A stretch of DNA of 64,000 nucleotides, from contig OX597815.1 of assembly GCA_951406725.2 (NCBI GenBank), positions 173,972,001-174,036,000 of the forward strand. The letters are read 5' to 3'. Origin of the DNA: Octopus vulgaris. Lineage: Eukaryota. Below the pieces are notes generated by a model. That model did not search any database. It was not told where the DNA came from and saw nothing but the letters and a program-made list of their open reading frames with translations. The position numbers were made by a program, and so were the translations under genes. Below, piece after piece: positions 1-14,233 of this stretch; position 1 is the stretch's first letter; every line of letters begins with the position of its first letter.

Positions 1-7
1 GTAATTG

Positions 8-140
8 ACCCTTTGAATGCAGAAAGTGGGTATATCCACTCAAAATTTTATAACCATTAACTGCAAAAGCAGTTTTATCCCACAATTTTGAAAGTCCTTT
101 CCTTATATTGCAAGAAGTGAAGAAACCCCAGTGACACTTT
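8..140. repeat. Dispersed repeat fragment (probable DNA-transposon end), second copy at ~13278-13420
   Basis: CCCTTTGAATGCAGAAAGTGG...TTAACTGCA...TCCTTAT..TGCAAGAAGTG...CAGTGACACT is shared with 13278-13420. Confidence 0.6.
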
Positions 141-1594
141 ACAAACAACAATTTTTCAGATTTTCCTTTTTTTTTTTTCACATATTTCATCAAATATTTC
201 TTTATTGAACAAGAATCAAATGCTTTTAGTAGTGGATAATATGAATACTGTATCAATTCTACTTTTTGATTGACAATTGACATTATTACAGGGATGACCA
301 TTTGTCTATTGATATCTTCTTACTATTGCTTCACTCCTTTTCTGAGCCATTGACTTTGTAAAATATCACGTTATGCTGCCTCAGGTATGCTGTTTCTTTA
401 TACTTTGCTGTCTCTTTGTATAACTGCCATCCTAGATTACATTAAGCCAGCGAAAGAGCTTAGATATGGTTGATAGAAATAATAGCTAAATCTACCATAC
501 CCAACCATCTTATAAGAGAACACATAGGATAGTGTAGTCTAGGGCACATTATTGCTGAAAAAAAGACAATTTGCTCATGGTTTGAATGCTTTTCAATCAG
601 AGCTAACTTGAGACTGAACAACAGCTTTGAAAAAATATCTATCTGCTTAATTAAATACTTTCCTTAATTGAAACCTTCACTTTTGTCTGTCATTGTTTCT
701 TTCACTGTTGCAATTACAGTCTCTAGTTTTCAAAACTTCCTGTATAAGCATTACTTCATGATAGTTGCACCCACAATCTCAGTGCTTTATATCATCGATA
801 CTATTTCACTCCTTAAACATAACACCAAATAATAAATTCAATCTGCTACTCTGTAAATCACTTTCTGTTAGACTTCCTCCTCTTTCAGATAATAAAATTA
901 ACCTCCAGCTTCTCAAATTCCTCAGAAATTGTAGTAATCTTACTCACTACCCTCCCCTTTCTGATCTGAAAGTGGCTTGTTGTACTGTGCAAAATACTTC
1001 TACATATCAAACATAGTAATAAAAAAAAAAAAGAAGATAATTGGCATATTTAAATTAAAGTGTTAAGGCATAAGTTTTTCAATTATATGAATCAACAGTT
1101 GACAGAAAGTAGAGTACAATGAAGTTTTAGCTAACAATAGGAAGTGAGCCTGCTTTTTGGCTAAAGTAATCCAATGCTCAACCAAGTAGGCTGTACTGAC
1201 ATTTCTGAATAATAGTCAGATTTAGTACCCAGCAAGTTTGATGTTATATTTTCTAGACATTTTTTTTTTTTTGATATTTTAATTTTGTACAAAATGAAAG
1301 GCCATGTAAAAGAAGAAACAAGCAAACATAAAAACAAAATCAACCAACAATACACCATCTAAAAGAATGTTTTCTGGATATTTACAATTACAACACTGAA
1401 TACTTAAATAGGTTTCCATCTTCCTGTGCATTCTTCTCTGATATTCTAAGCTTTGCTTTTCTATTTTGAAAACTGAATACTGAGGCAAATAGTAATTAAA
1501 GGAGATAAGGTTCTTCAGATGTTTCTTATTTTCACCTTTAAAGTGAAGACAACAAACACCACATAAGATAAATCAAAGAAATTCACTTCATTGT

Positions 1595-1762
1595 AGCTAA
1601 CTTAGTCGTAGTCATTCACTTGGAAAATATAACACTCTAAGACTAATTGCTTAGTACTTTATTATTTTCAGATCTCACATTAAAGCTAACTTTGTCGTAG
1701 TCATTCACTTAGAAAATATATGGCTTAAGACTAATTGCTTAATACTTTATTTTCTGATCTCA
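1595..1762. repeat. Local tandem duplication, ~89-bp unit x2
   Basis: AGCTAACTT.GTCGTAGTCATTCACTT.GAAAATATA...TAAGACTAATTGCTTA.TACTTTATT starts at 1595 and at 1684. Confidence 0.85.
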
Positions 1763-1977
1763 ATATACATAGAACTATCACTATAAAGGCTAGTATATAA
1801 ATAGGTGGAAATATTATATCAGAACTAAGATTTTAAAAAATAACATGTGCTACACCAGCTTTTAAATCATAATATCACTATTTCAAGTACTTATAAAGAT
1901 ACAAAGATATAAAAATAGAACCTCGATGATATACTTTATTTCTTGTCAGATATTTTAATACAGGAAAAAAAAACATA

Positions 1978-2380
1978 GAAAGCATAGATGTGACTCTGTG
2001 GTAAGAAGTTTGCTTCCCAACTGCACAGTTGTGGGTTCAGTCCCGCTGCATGGTGCCTTGGGCAAGTGTCTTCTACTATAGCCTTGGGCCAACTAAAGCC
2101 TTGTGAGGGAATTTGGTAGAAGGAAACTGAAAGAAGCTCATAGTATATATATATGTGTGTGTGTATTTCTTTGTATTTGTGTTTGTCCCCAGCACCACTT
2201 GACAACTGGGGTCGGTTTGTTTATGTTCCTGTAGCTTAGCAGTCCAGCAAAAGAGATTGGTAGAATAAGTACCAGACTTATAAAAAAAAATGTACTGGGG
2301 TGGAATTTGATGGGGATGATTCATTCAACTAAACCCTTCAAGGTGGTGCTACAGCTTGGCCACAGTCCAATGAATGAAAC
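1978..2380 (+). mobile_element. tRNA-derived SINE, family A (near full length)
   Basis: A/B-box-like head (TGTGGTAAG...GGTTCAGTCCC), CCTTGGGCAAGTGTCTTCTACTATAGCC core, internal TA/TG run and GGTGCT.CAGC.TGGCCACAGTC tail; >10 copies in the window. Confidence 0.85.
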
Positions 2381-2959
2381 ATCCATTGTAGGATATGTAA
2401 GTATATGTTTCTCACTTCATTTATCTGTGGGAATTAAAACCAGAATTTTCTGAGAAAAATAACTATGATACACTGTGGCTTGTCTCTGAGAAGACAGACT
2501 GCTCATAAATATTTTTATTAAATGTGAATATTTTCATTGATTACACATACCATTTTCCATCTACAAAACTGTCATACCAGAAAGCAGCTGAAATATCAGT
2601 AAAAAATAATATCTATTTGTTGCTAAAACTGCTACAGTGTTGCAGAATATATGTTGATCAATGATCTTTTACATTATGAGATAAAGTTTTCAAACAGAAA
2701 TACTTAAAATATGTTCATGTAAAATATTGTATAGTGTTTATATGTAAAGAAACTACCCCACACATATGTTGTCTTAATGTTGAATTACATCGAAGTTAAT
2801 GACTGTGATTTTTTGTGACATTCAATTTCAAAAGAACAAGTGAATAATAATAAGAGTAATTGTAAGCATTGAAACAATAATGACATTTTGGTTAGGTTAA
2901 GCTATAACATTTATGTTGTTCACACAAGACTACAACTACAAGAACAAAAAGAATTAATG

Positions 2960-2996
<37 letters not shown>

Positions 2997-3224
2997 CAAC
3001 AACAACAATAACAACAACATCAGCAATAATAATAATGCTGTTTTTCCATACACATTTTCAATAAGCAACTACAAAAACAGATCTTGTGGATGTCAGTTAA
3101 CTGATATAAAGTATAGCATTTTTCGAAACTTAACAATAGTTGTGAAGTCTTTTCAACATTTATCATCTTGATAATTACAAAACCAAAATCAGTCAGTTAC
3201 ATCTGTTTTGAAAGGCCAAGAGTT

Positions 3225-3407
3225 GAACACACACACACGCATGTGCGTGCATGCACACACACACACATTTATGTATGCATGTATATATGTGTGTGTGTGC
3301 ATATATATATATATATACATACACACACGCTCACACACATGCATGCATACATATATTCATACATGCATACATACATACATGCATTCATGCATACATACAT
3401 ACATACA

Positions 3408-3440
<33 letters not shown>
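3225..3440. repeat. Compound microsatellite (CA)n/(TA)n/(TACA)n
   Basis: Read directly; it explains the spurious His/Thr/Tyr ORFs. Confidence 0.95.
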
Positions 3441-4547
3441 TGTGTTTGGTCAAAATTCTTCAATTTGCTGTGAAAAAATGTTATTCTAAAATTAACACGT
3501 AGCATCCTTTGTTTGACTTATGTATTACCAAGTGATATTCCTCTGCATTATATTCGAAATTAACTCTTAATAAAGTAAATTTTGTTTTTTAAATATCAGT
3601 GATATTATTATCTAAAATCACCTAAGTAAAGACTAGAGTCTATGTTATGACCAAAACCTTTGAAGTTACAATATAATTCTTTGAGTTAGATATTGAATGT
3701 CAACATTAAAAATATTATTGATATCATTTCTCTTTTGTTTGGTAATTGTCAAATTAATACGATAAATTTCTTGAGAGAAGTATAAGCAAACATCAAGTAG
3801 TCTTAGATTTTGATTTCATCGATTGCCAAAACTTTTTGAAGATACTTATCAAATATACGTTTCCTACTGTTTCATATATAAAATTAATATAAATTCTTTC
3901 AAGATTTGATTTATCACATAATCATTATCGTTCTGTAATTCAAAATAATTTCAGTTATTTGAAATGACAATATTTCTAACTACTGGAAATGACAATAGTG
4001 ATTATTTGATTATTAAAAAATGCTTTGGCTGTGATACATCTTTTGATTGCAAGTTATGATTTAGGACAAAAATTTTCATATAATATTCACTGTGTTCGCA
4101 ACATCTGATATAATTTTTCATAAAATTATTGTGTAATATACGATAATGTATACGAATTAATTAATTCATAAATTATGTTTTTTTATCAAAAATCATATTA
4201 TTAAACTACTAAAACATCTTTTCTTCTCTTTCCTTAGAATGAATTTCACTGGAATTTGGATATAATCTTCAGTGTCAACTAATAATGATTAAATAAAATT
4301 GCAATAAAGTTTCAACTTGGAATTTGATGTCTGCTTTACAGGAAACACCAGATTATTTTTTTTTTTAAAGTTTTTCATTTTGATTGATGATGGTGTTTAA
4401 ATACTCAGATTGAATAATCAAATCATAAAATAACACTTATGAACAGATTTTGTCAGCATGATCATTGTTGCTCTGGTTATTTTCTGGCTGTTTTCACTGC
4501 CATCACAACTTTCCTCACCTTTATCACTTTCATCATCACCAGCAATA

Positions 4548-4584
4548 TAACAACAACAACAACAACAATAATAATAATAATGAT
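4548..4584. repeat. (AAC)n(AAT)n microsatellite abutting the R4-type RT fragment
   Basis: Read directly. Confidence 0.9.
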
Positions 4585-5320
4585 AAAGAAATAAATGGAG
4601 AGTGCACAGATGAAAAGTTGATACCAGATAACAATGAAAGTCAAAGGTTTTGGAGTGACGTCTGGAGCAAAGACAAGGAGCACAAGAAGGATGCTGAATG
4701 GCTGCAAGAACTAAAACAAACAGTAGGCTGTCCAAAACAGGGAGAATTAATCATTTCAGTTGGGGAAGTGAAGGAAATCATCAAAAAGATGAGCAACTGG
4801 AAGGCCCTGGGACCAGATGGAGTTCAAGGCTATGGGCTCAAAAGATTTGGTGAATGTTATGCACGAATAGCTGTGCAACTCAACACCTTGTTAAATGCCA
4901 ACCAAGTAACACCAGAGTGGTTGACATTGGGTAGGACAGTGCTTTGCTTGAAAATCATTGATAAAGCAATACGGCTGAGATCCTGTTTGCCACTTATGTG
5001 GAAATTATTGACTGGAATACTCACAGAGTCAATGTATGAACATCTGGAAAAATTAGGAGTCCTGCCACATGAGCAGAAAGGTTGCAAGTGTAAGTGCAGA
5101 GGTACCAAGGATCAACTCCTGATAGACAAAACTGTACTTAGAGACTGCAAGAGGTGGAAAAGTAACTTAGCCATGTTATGGATCGACTATCGTTAGGCAT
5201 ACGATATGATCCCACACTCTTGGATAATGGAATGTATGAACCTATTTGGTATTGCATCAAATGTTGATCAATTGCTTGGAAAAAGTATGGCGAATTGGAG
5301 GATGGACCTGACAGCATACA
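4585..5320 (+). pseudogene. Non-LTR retrotransposon reverse transcriptase fragment, R4/Dong-like clade
   Basis: ORF 4465-5196 has NWKALGPDGVQGY, WLTLGRTVL, SCLPLMWKLLTG, EQKGC..RGTKDQLLIDK and MLWIDYR*. The frame continues past the TAG as AYDMIPHSWIMEC (RT motifs 0-3), and is truncated on both sides. Confidence 0.85.
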
Positions 5321-5440
5321 GAAGAAACATAAAACCACCTTTCTTTCCTTCCCTGAGCATCTGATAATACTTTGCATGTACTACGTCCTTGTGTTGTTGT
5401 TTTTGTCTTGTTTGTTCTTTGTTGTTTGGGGGAGAGAGCA

Positions 5441-5720
5441 CATCAGTAGCAAGATCATCAGAAAGAAGTCTGGCGTGAGGGATGTTATTGCAGAGTATAC
5501 AAGCAACAAGTTTAGATGGGCTGGACATGTCGCCCGGCTCACCGATAATCGGTGGACCCATGCAAGCGGAAACAACCACCCGGAAGTCCTCCATGACGGT
5601 GGAGTTATGATTTCAGGAGGACGATTGGGACCACGTGGATGAGAAAGGCGCGATCCAGAGAGGAGTGGACAATGTGCTGTGACCAGCAGTGTCAAATGGA
5701 CGCTCGATGGACTGGTTGGT
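5441..5720 (+). mobile_element. RTE-like LINE 3' coding fragment
   Basis: IRKKSGVRDVIAEY..KFRWAGHVARLTDNRWT, then GRPP..W-like residues in another frame; typical LINE RT C-terminus. Confidence 0.75.
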
Positions 5721-5859
5721 CAAGGTGATCAAGGAGATATATATATTATTATTATTATATTTATTATTATTATATTTATTATTATTATTATTATTATCAT
5801 CATCATCATCATCATTATTATTATTATTTTTATTTTTATCTTTTACTTTTTTCAGTCAC

Positions 5860-6018
5860 TGCTTTGAAGAATTTTAGTCAAACAAATTGACCTCAGTACT
5901 TACTTTTTTTTTTTTTGTAAAGCCTGGCACTTATTCTGTGCATCTCTTTTGCTGAACTGCTAAGTTATGGGGACATGAACATACCAACACTGGTTGTCAA
6001 GTGATGGTGGAGGACAAA

Positions 6019-6078
<60 letters not shown>

Positions 6079-6232
6079 GCAGGCTCCTTTCAGTTTCTGT
6101 CTACCAAATCCACTCACACTGCTTTGATCAACCCAAGGCTATAGTAGAAGATATTAACCCAAGGTGAAACTGAACCCAGAACCATGTGGTCAGAAGGCAA
6201 ACATCTCACCACACAACCACACCTCCACCTAG
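5860..6232 (-). mobile_element. SINE family A with expanded internal (CA)n
   Basis: Reverse complement of the family A body (TTTCAGTTTCTGTCTACCAAATCCACTCAC, GGCTATAGTAGAAGA, TGAACCCAGAACCATGTGG). Confidence 0.8.
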
Positions 6233-6469
6233 GCTTCTTCAGCCTCTATCTACCAATCTCACTTGCAAGTCTTTCATTAATGTTTAGTTATAGTAGAGGA
6301 CATTAGCTGACAACATCCTCACAGTTATGCTGAACTCTTAACTATGTGATTCCAAAGCTAGCTGCTTTACCCCACAGCCTGCACCTAGACATGATTCAAA
6401 CTCAATATGAAAACAAAAAGAATTGTTTACTCTTTCAAATGATATAAATTGAAATACAAACAAAAATGT

Positions 6470-6675
6470 TTGCTTCTAATTAGGGACAAGACCAGCAAAT
6501 TTTGAGGAGGTGGGTGTTAGTTGATAACATTTACCCTAGTACTTGACTGGTACTTAATTTTATTGGTCCTAAAAGGATGAAAAATAAAGTCAACCTCTTA
6601 AGAATTTGAATTCAAAACATACAGATTCAGAACAAATATCACAAGGCATGTTTTCTAATGATTCTGACAGCTTAT
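6470..6675 (-). mobile_element. SINE family C fragment
   Basis: GACTGGTACTTAATTTTATT...AAAGGATGAAA..AAAGTCAACCTC..GAATTTGAA is shared with 53010-53245, 58500-58650 and (opposite strand) 51870-52050. Confidence 0.65.
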
Positions 6676-7503
6676 CGAATAATGATAATAATCAGAATTA
6701 TCAGAGTAAAAAAAATATTCTTTGCAATTAACTTACTTGAATTTGTTCCAGCTATTATCTCTTATTATTTTTTTAATTTTTAATTTACTTAGTTTCTGTT
6801 ATTCATATTTGCTATTAACAAACACAGTTTTCCCTCATGTAAATAATATATAATGCCCTTAACTCTAAGCTATCTTTTTTTGTTTACAACATATGAGGTT
6901 ATATATTTTGCTTATTATATTTATGCTGTTATCCTCTATGTGTTACACAAATGCAATGTATACTAACTTAATGCATTTTTTTATATTGATTATATGGAAT
7001 AAGTAAATTGTAATAAGAATATAGATATGTGTGTTTGTGGAAGCACATGACAAGTGGTTTGGGTGTTGGGCTTTTAATTATCAGATTGTTGGTTCCATTC
7101 TCAGATCAAGCACTGTGTTGTGTCCTTGATTGAGGTCCCTTGTTTCATATTGCTTTCATTCACACTGCTGAGAATGAGCACAAATTAATTGCAACACCGG
7201 TAATTTTTTAGTCACTGCTTAACTATACCAGCTGATGGCTGATTTTCTCTTGGCATGTGGTGCCAGTGGATACTTATTACTGATGACACTGAAAGAAACA
7301 GAAATACACATTTAGCAATGCTACTGGTGCTGCTAGAGGATTTTCATCTGCTGCCAGTATATTTCTGTATTCTTTAAGTTGATGTTATTGGTCCCAGTAC
7401 TTAATTTAGTCTTCTATTTTATTGATCTTTATTAAATCTGTAAATTATGTTCTTAACAGAAAAGTGATACAGCTCAACATACTTGTTTACACTAACAAAC
7501 ATA

Positions 7504-7790
<287 letters not shown>

Positions 7791-8990
7791 TCACATTGAT
7801 TTGCATATTTATTCTTAATACATTCTACTAGATTCAAGTTAATTGCTGTGGTTTTGTTATAGAACAATTCCCTTATAGCAAATGTGTGTTCTTGATGTGT
7901 GTACTTGATTGTTTAGCATAAGGGACTCTGGAACAACTGGTATTTCAGCATCACTGTGTCTCATCAGCCTTAGGCATCTCAATCTAATGACTCTAACAAG
8001 AATTGAAGCTTATTTTTTTGTTATTTCAATGAACAAATTGTTTGCTGATCTATGCTGATATCTGCTAAATGATAGTAATTCATTATATACATGGTGAACA
8101 ACAAGATGAAAAATATTTCATTAGTACTTCCACATTTTCTGTTGACCAAATTCACTCAAAAGGTATTGAGCTCATGTCTTAGTAGAAGACACGAGCCCAA
8201 AATGCTGCACAGTAGGACTGAACCCCAAACCATGTGGTTGAAAAAGCAAGCTTCTTTACCACAGAGCCATGCCTGTACTTACATACTTGAATTATTTTAG
8301 TATATGATATGCACTACAAGTAAATAGGCTATTTTGTGTTTGGCTTTCACTTTTCAATTCCTTCAATTTTGATCTGACTGACTTCAAATTTGGTGTATTG
8401 ATGTAGTTTTGTATGCTGGTTATGGAAATTAACATTGCAATTGCTGAATGTTTTGTCATCATAATGTTGTCATCATGCACAAAATGTCAGCTTCCAAGTC
8501 CTATTTTCTGATTGGGTAAAAATTATTAAACTTTAAACCTCATTTACATTTTTCTAAATTTTTTCAGGTACAAGTGAATAGCAACATCAGATTTAATGTA
8601 AAAAATTACATCAATATACCAAATATGAAAATTTTCACTTAATTTTAAAATTTCAAAAAGTGAAGCCAAACAGAAAAGATCCAGTAAATGTAATGATATG
8701 TAACTGAATTAAATTAGTGTTTGTGACTCCCAGTATATTTTATAAGTAACTCTAAGATGTTTCTTCTCATTACAAGATGAAAAGAAGAGGACACTATTGG
8801 TAAGATAGTAGTAGTGTGTCAAAATTAGTCAAACTGTTCTTGGGTTCATTCTGCTGAGAGAGTTTTGTGGTTTGCCTACAGGATCTATTTACACAGCATG
8901 GTTGAATACATATTTATCAAATGGATGCATGTAAGTTACCTCACAATTTATCCACATGCATGCTGTCTCGTTACTGTATGTGAGTGTATC

Positions 8991-9039
<49 letters not shown>

Positions 9040-9043
<4 letters not shown>

Positions 9044-9285
9044 TGTCGTGTCTTGACATTGCATGATAGGTGTAAATGAGTGTCACTGTCAATACAAGCA
9101 TGTTTTCATTTCCAGTCTCTGATGATGCATATTCAACCTTGTGGAAATATCACCTTATTTGGAAGTAGGTAAAGGTTGGTGACAGGAAGGGTATCTAGCT
9201 AAAGAAATCTACTTGGGAAATTTCCCCTGACTCCTGCAAGCATGGAAAAGTGCACAGTAAACTGATGACAATGGTGATGATAATG
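9040..9285 (+). mobile_element. Old SINE/LINE-tail fragment (family B-related); similar pieces at 10260-10525, 12670-12880 and 20280-20512
   Basis: GGTTGGTGACAGGAAGGG.ATC..GCT..AGAAA...GCATGGAAAAGTG motif ending in (ATG)n-like repeats. Confidence 0.6.
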
Positions 9286-10509
9286 ATACGTGTGTGTGCG
9301 TCTGGTGTGTATATACACGCGTGCACACTCGGACACACAAACACACACACACACACAAACACACACACGCACGCACATCCCAATTTCTCCTTTTTCCATA
9401 ATATCTTCCACACTACCATGTTTCTCACTTCATACTTGGGTACTTTTTCTCCGTTTCACCTTAGCTTATCTTCTGCAATTGTTTTCTTTTGTACCCATTC
9501 TATCGATGATGTTGCCTGAAACAAACTGTGACAATATTGAGTAGTGATCAACCTCTTGTCTTCCTGGATACAAGGCAACCTCACTACTGCTGGTGCTACA
9601 ATAAAATATACCTAATAAACTCTGAGAAGTGAATGCGGAACAATTGGAGAAAATGAAGGACTGAGAAGATCCTTTTGTCTTGTCTTGTAACAAACAAGGC
9701 TACCTATCTAGTCTTGGTACCATGATAAAATGTACTCAGAAGTCTGAAAGATGATTGTGGATCGATTAAAGAAAACATTGAGTTGAGATGACCCTTTAAT
9801 TTTGTCTTGTTGAGGACATGATAACCTCTCAAATGCTGATAAAATACATAAATATATCATGTAAAGTGCTTGGTGTTAAGAAGGGCATATAGTCATAGAA
9901 ACCAAGCCAAAATGAAAGATATGAGCAGACTTACTACTCTTCTAAATGGGTCCCTTCTGATGGTGGTGGTGGTGGTGGTGGTGGTGATGACGACAACAAC
10001 GATGATGATGATGACATGTGTGTGCATATATATGTATGATTAAGAAGTTCTCTTTCAGTCCCACTGTACAGCAACTTGGGCAGTACAGTCTTTTACCATA
10101 GCCTTGGGTCAACTAATAGCTTGTGAGTGGATTAGGTTGATAAAAACTGAAAGGAGCCTATTGTGTATGTGTTTGCATGCATATGTGCATGTGGCCAAGT
10201 GTACATGTGTGAGAGAGAGTGAGTTTGTAATTCCCTCATCTTCATATTTGCTTGCTTGCAGTAAGCAATGGCTTGACTGGCAGTGTCTTTTGCTTACAGT
10301 TTATGATGGAAGCATATCCAGAATGTTTGATCTTGTTTCCAATTCTCCATATAAATATGTCCAGGCTGTGTTTGATGTCTAAGAGACTGGGAGATTATTA
10401 TCTCACTTGGAAATAAATTGGAGCTTGTAACAGGCAGAGTATCAGGCTGTAGAGAACTCTGCCTCAACATACTCATATCTGATCTATGCAACTATTTTAC
10501 ATTAAAACA

Positions 10510-10532
10510 ATGATAATGATGATGATGTGTGT

Positions 10533-10583
<51 letters not shown>

Positions 10584-10617
10584 ACAATAGGCACATGTAT
10601 ATGAATATGTATGTATG

Positions 10618-10696
<79 letters not shown>

Positions 10697-10860
10697 TGAG
10701 AGAAAAAGAGAGAAAGAGAGAGATGGAGGTAGATAGATATATACGTACACACATGCATAAATATACAGGTACCCATACACATACACACACATTTATGTTT
10801 TATACATAAACATGTGTAAAATGTACAATATTTTACATACATATAGGTATATATTCATAT
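10510..10860. repeat. Compound microsatellite (TG/TA/GA)
   Basis: Read directly. Confidence 0.9.
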
Positions 10861-11783
10861 ATGCATAGAAACATCAATATTAATATGAATTTGGGTTCGT
10901 AATCATATATGCATAAATTTATATTCATTTGCTTAGATTCTCATACATGCATATCCGATCACATGCATGTTCATGCAAAAAAAAACAAAACAAAAAAACA
11001 TATATGCTATCTTCTGTCTTCAAGCAATGCTGTCTTTCTTTTCTGTACTATTACTTCCATAATCTTCCACAAGACATTATCTTTTATAAAAAGAAACCAG
11101 GATTTAAGTAGCTCTTGTTTTTCATGGTATAAAGCAAAGTTAACCAGTGACTGATCATTTTGATTTTTTGACTATGCTAAATGAGAAGAGTGAAATGAAT
11201 AGATAATTTAAAATCAAAGCTTATTTTTGCAAAATCAAAATTCTGGTATCTACTCTCAAATTATTCCACATCAGTGCATTTTTGCATTTGCATATGAGCA
11301 TATTATATCTTTGGTGTGATAATTTACCTGGAAAATCTTTGCATTTGTAAATACTGAATAGAAAATTTTTGTAATGTTTAAAAAGAAGTTGAAAATGTTT
11401 CAGTTTGTAAAAGCTTCTTATTACAGTCGACTGTAATACACTAGTACAATTGAAATAGATCTCTATTCTTGGTGGTTTAGGTAAATGTAAAGCACATGAG
11501 TCTTTAATTTCACATATATTTTATGTAGATATAGAATGAAGAAGTGAATATGGGGATGAATACTTAACTATGTACAAGGTCATATACTTACATTCGCTTT
11601 CAAATATACACTGAATTTTTACTTAAAATACTTCATCCTATGTGTTTGCATAGTTAGAAATAAGCACAAGCATGACTGGGTAGTAAGAAGTTTGCTTCCC
11701 ATCCACGTGGTTTTGGGTTCAATCCCATTGCATGGCAACTTGAACGAGTGTCTTCTACTAAATCCCAAGCAGGCATGACAAAA

Positions 11784-12520
11784 TTATTTTCTTTTGCTTA
11801 ACAAAATTCTTTTCTCCTTTAAACTGTATGTCTTGTAGACTACAGTTTTTGCTGTGATTTTTTGCAATACCTCTTGAGGACGGAGTAGCTTTGTATCATT
11901 TCCTGTTTTCTTCACAAGATTCCTGTATTTGCACAGTTTGGCCATTGATATATTCATTGTTATCATTTTGCCACCCACAGTGGCCGAAAAACTTGGTTTC
12001 TCTTTTGGCACTTGTTTTACATTTTCATTTTCGTTATTATTTGACTTTTCCACCTCTGGGAAATCTTCTTTTTACAGTAAATTGTATTCCATAGCAAAAA
12101 AATTTTCACAGAAAGCAAATTTCACAAAAATAATGGTTTGCCAAAAATAATTTTTGCCAAAACTAATGTTTAACAAAAATAATTTTTACCCTGCAAAGGG
12201 TAAAAATCAAAGTTCCAATCACAGTTGTTGCTAACAATATTCCAAAATTTCAGAATTTTCTGCCCCACAGGGTGAAAATGACAGTCAACAAACCAACAAT
12301 AGTTCGAATTTAACAAGTACAATAACAATAAAACATTAGATGAATATTAATTTGAACACACAAATGCAGCAGCCAAAAAATCCAACACAAGTTTGCTTGC
12401 AACATATATATTTCAAACAAACACACAGTCGCTGGTTTTGCAACAAGCAAAAATACTAGTTCTAAAATCTCTCTAAGAGATCAACATAGTAGTTGTACTA
12501 CCAAGTAATATTCGTAGCCA
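11784..12520 (-). mobile_element. Possible LINE 5' end: 5'UTR plus degenerate ORF1 start
   Basis: In-frame MEYNLL*KEDFPEVEKSNNNENENVKQVPKEKPSFSATV... (EDFP and SFSA-type motifs, basic composition) downstream of a T/G-rich leader. Confidence 0.35.
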
Positions 12521-13872
12521 CTTCAACATGGCTGTCCAGACAGATAGGTAGATGGATATAGATTTGTATACATATGTATGTGTGCATATGTATATGTGTG
12601 CATATGTGCATGCATATAAGGATGTGTGTGTGTTTTTGTCTCTTTGTCTAAAGACTTCAAATAATAGTCATGAACAAGTGCCACCATCATGCAAGCAGTG
12701 TTCTTCATTTACAGTCTTCTATGTAAACATGTTTGGTCATGGGGGAATATTACCTTTCTCAGAAAAAGGTGAAGGTTGGTGACAGGAAGGGCATCTGGTT
12801 GTAGAAATTCATCTCAACATATTCTGTTTAACCCATGTGAGCAAAGGAAGAGTAGACATTAAAGTGATGAGGAAGATGATAAACTAAATGTCAACAATGG
12901 AAATTCTGCATTGGTAGTATAATTGACAAGAAACTAGCTGTATGGTCTATAATTCTCAGTTTGAATATTGCATGTGAAAAAAAATCTTAAAAGAAAAGTG
13001 TATTGCAACATATCTAAATAGTTCACATAGCATCCACTAATTATTAATGCACCTCTTAGCTTGTAATAGTAGTTTGCATTCGTATGGACTCCATTGTTAT
13101 GGTTAAGTGGAAGAATTTTAAAATCTAGAGAAAAACACGCTTAAGATTATAAATTAGATTTTCTATATCAGTGGTTCTCAATCTTTTACAGCCCAGTGCT
13201 CCTCATCTTTCCTCAGATGGTATTTAACAAACACATCTCTCTATTTTGAAAAAATACAAAAACAACAGATTATTTTCACCCTTTGAATGCAGAAAGTGGA
13301 TATATCTGCTCAAATTTTATTGCTGTTAACTGCAGAAAGTGGTTTTATACAATGGCTTTGAAAAGAAACCTCTCCTTATGCTGCAAGAAGTGGAGTCACC
13401 ACTTCTTGCAGTGACACTGTTAACAAAAGACAAGGCGACACAAGCATATACACACTCACACACATACATATATACATACACATCAGTGGTTCTCAATTGA
13501 CTTTGGGTGACCTGGGGCTATAGTTGAAGATACTTGCCCAAAGTGTCATGCTGAGGAGCTGAACCTGAATGCATGTGGTTGGAAATCAAACTTCTTAACT
13601 ACATAGTTACAGCTGTGCCATAATAAAAGCAAGTGAGTCACAATGGCTCAGTCAATCCACAATCCAATAGCATAAAAAGTACAATTCAGCACTGTAAGCA
13701 GTGTGTGTATTGTAAAATTATTATTGTGTTCCATTAGCTTGCCATGATGAACTCACATCTACTTATGATTATTCTTTCAAAAGAAATATATTCTGTAGAT
13801 TTTACCAAGGCACACTTAACAGGTGACTACTTCATCAATGCCTTTAAAAACTCAAAGGATTATGGAATTATA

Positions 13873-14233
13873 TCTTTTACTTGCTTCAGTCTTTAGACTG
13901 CAGCCATGCTGGGTACTTGAAGAATTTTAGTTAAACGAATCAATCTCAGCACCTATTTTTTAAAAATAGGTTTCTGATAAGGTACAGGGACATAAACACA
14001 CCAACACTGGTTGCCAAGTAGTGGTGGGGGACAAGCACACATACACATACACATACACACTCATATATACGATGAGTTCCTTTCAGTTTCCATCTACCAA
14101 ATCCACTCACAAGGTTTTGGTCAGTCAGAGGCTATAGTAGAAGACACTTGCCCAGGGTACCATACAATGGGTATGAACCTGGAACCACATATTTGGGAAG
14201 TAAACTTCTTAACACTCAGCCCATCTTGCACCT
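13873..14233 (-). mobile_element. SINE family A
   Basis: Tail TTTTACTTGCTTCAGTC..GACTGCAGCCATGCTG through head GGGAAGTAAACTTCTTAAC, on the reverse strand. Confidence 0.8.

Noticed and set aside
4465-5196. 243-aa ORF as a functional host gene
   Set aside because: The N-terminus is microsatellite-derived, the RT motif is interrupted by TAG and the catalytic YxDD region is absent; it is a retrotransposon relic.
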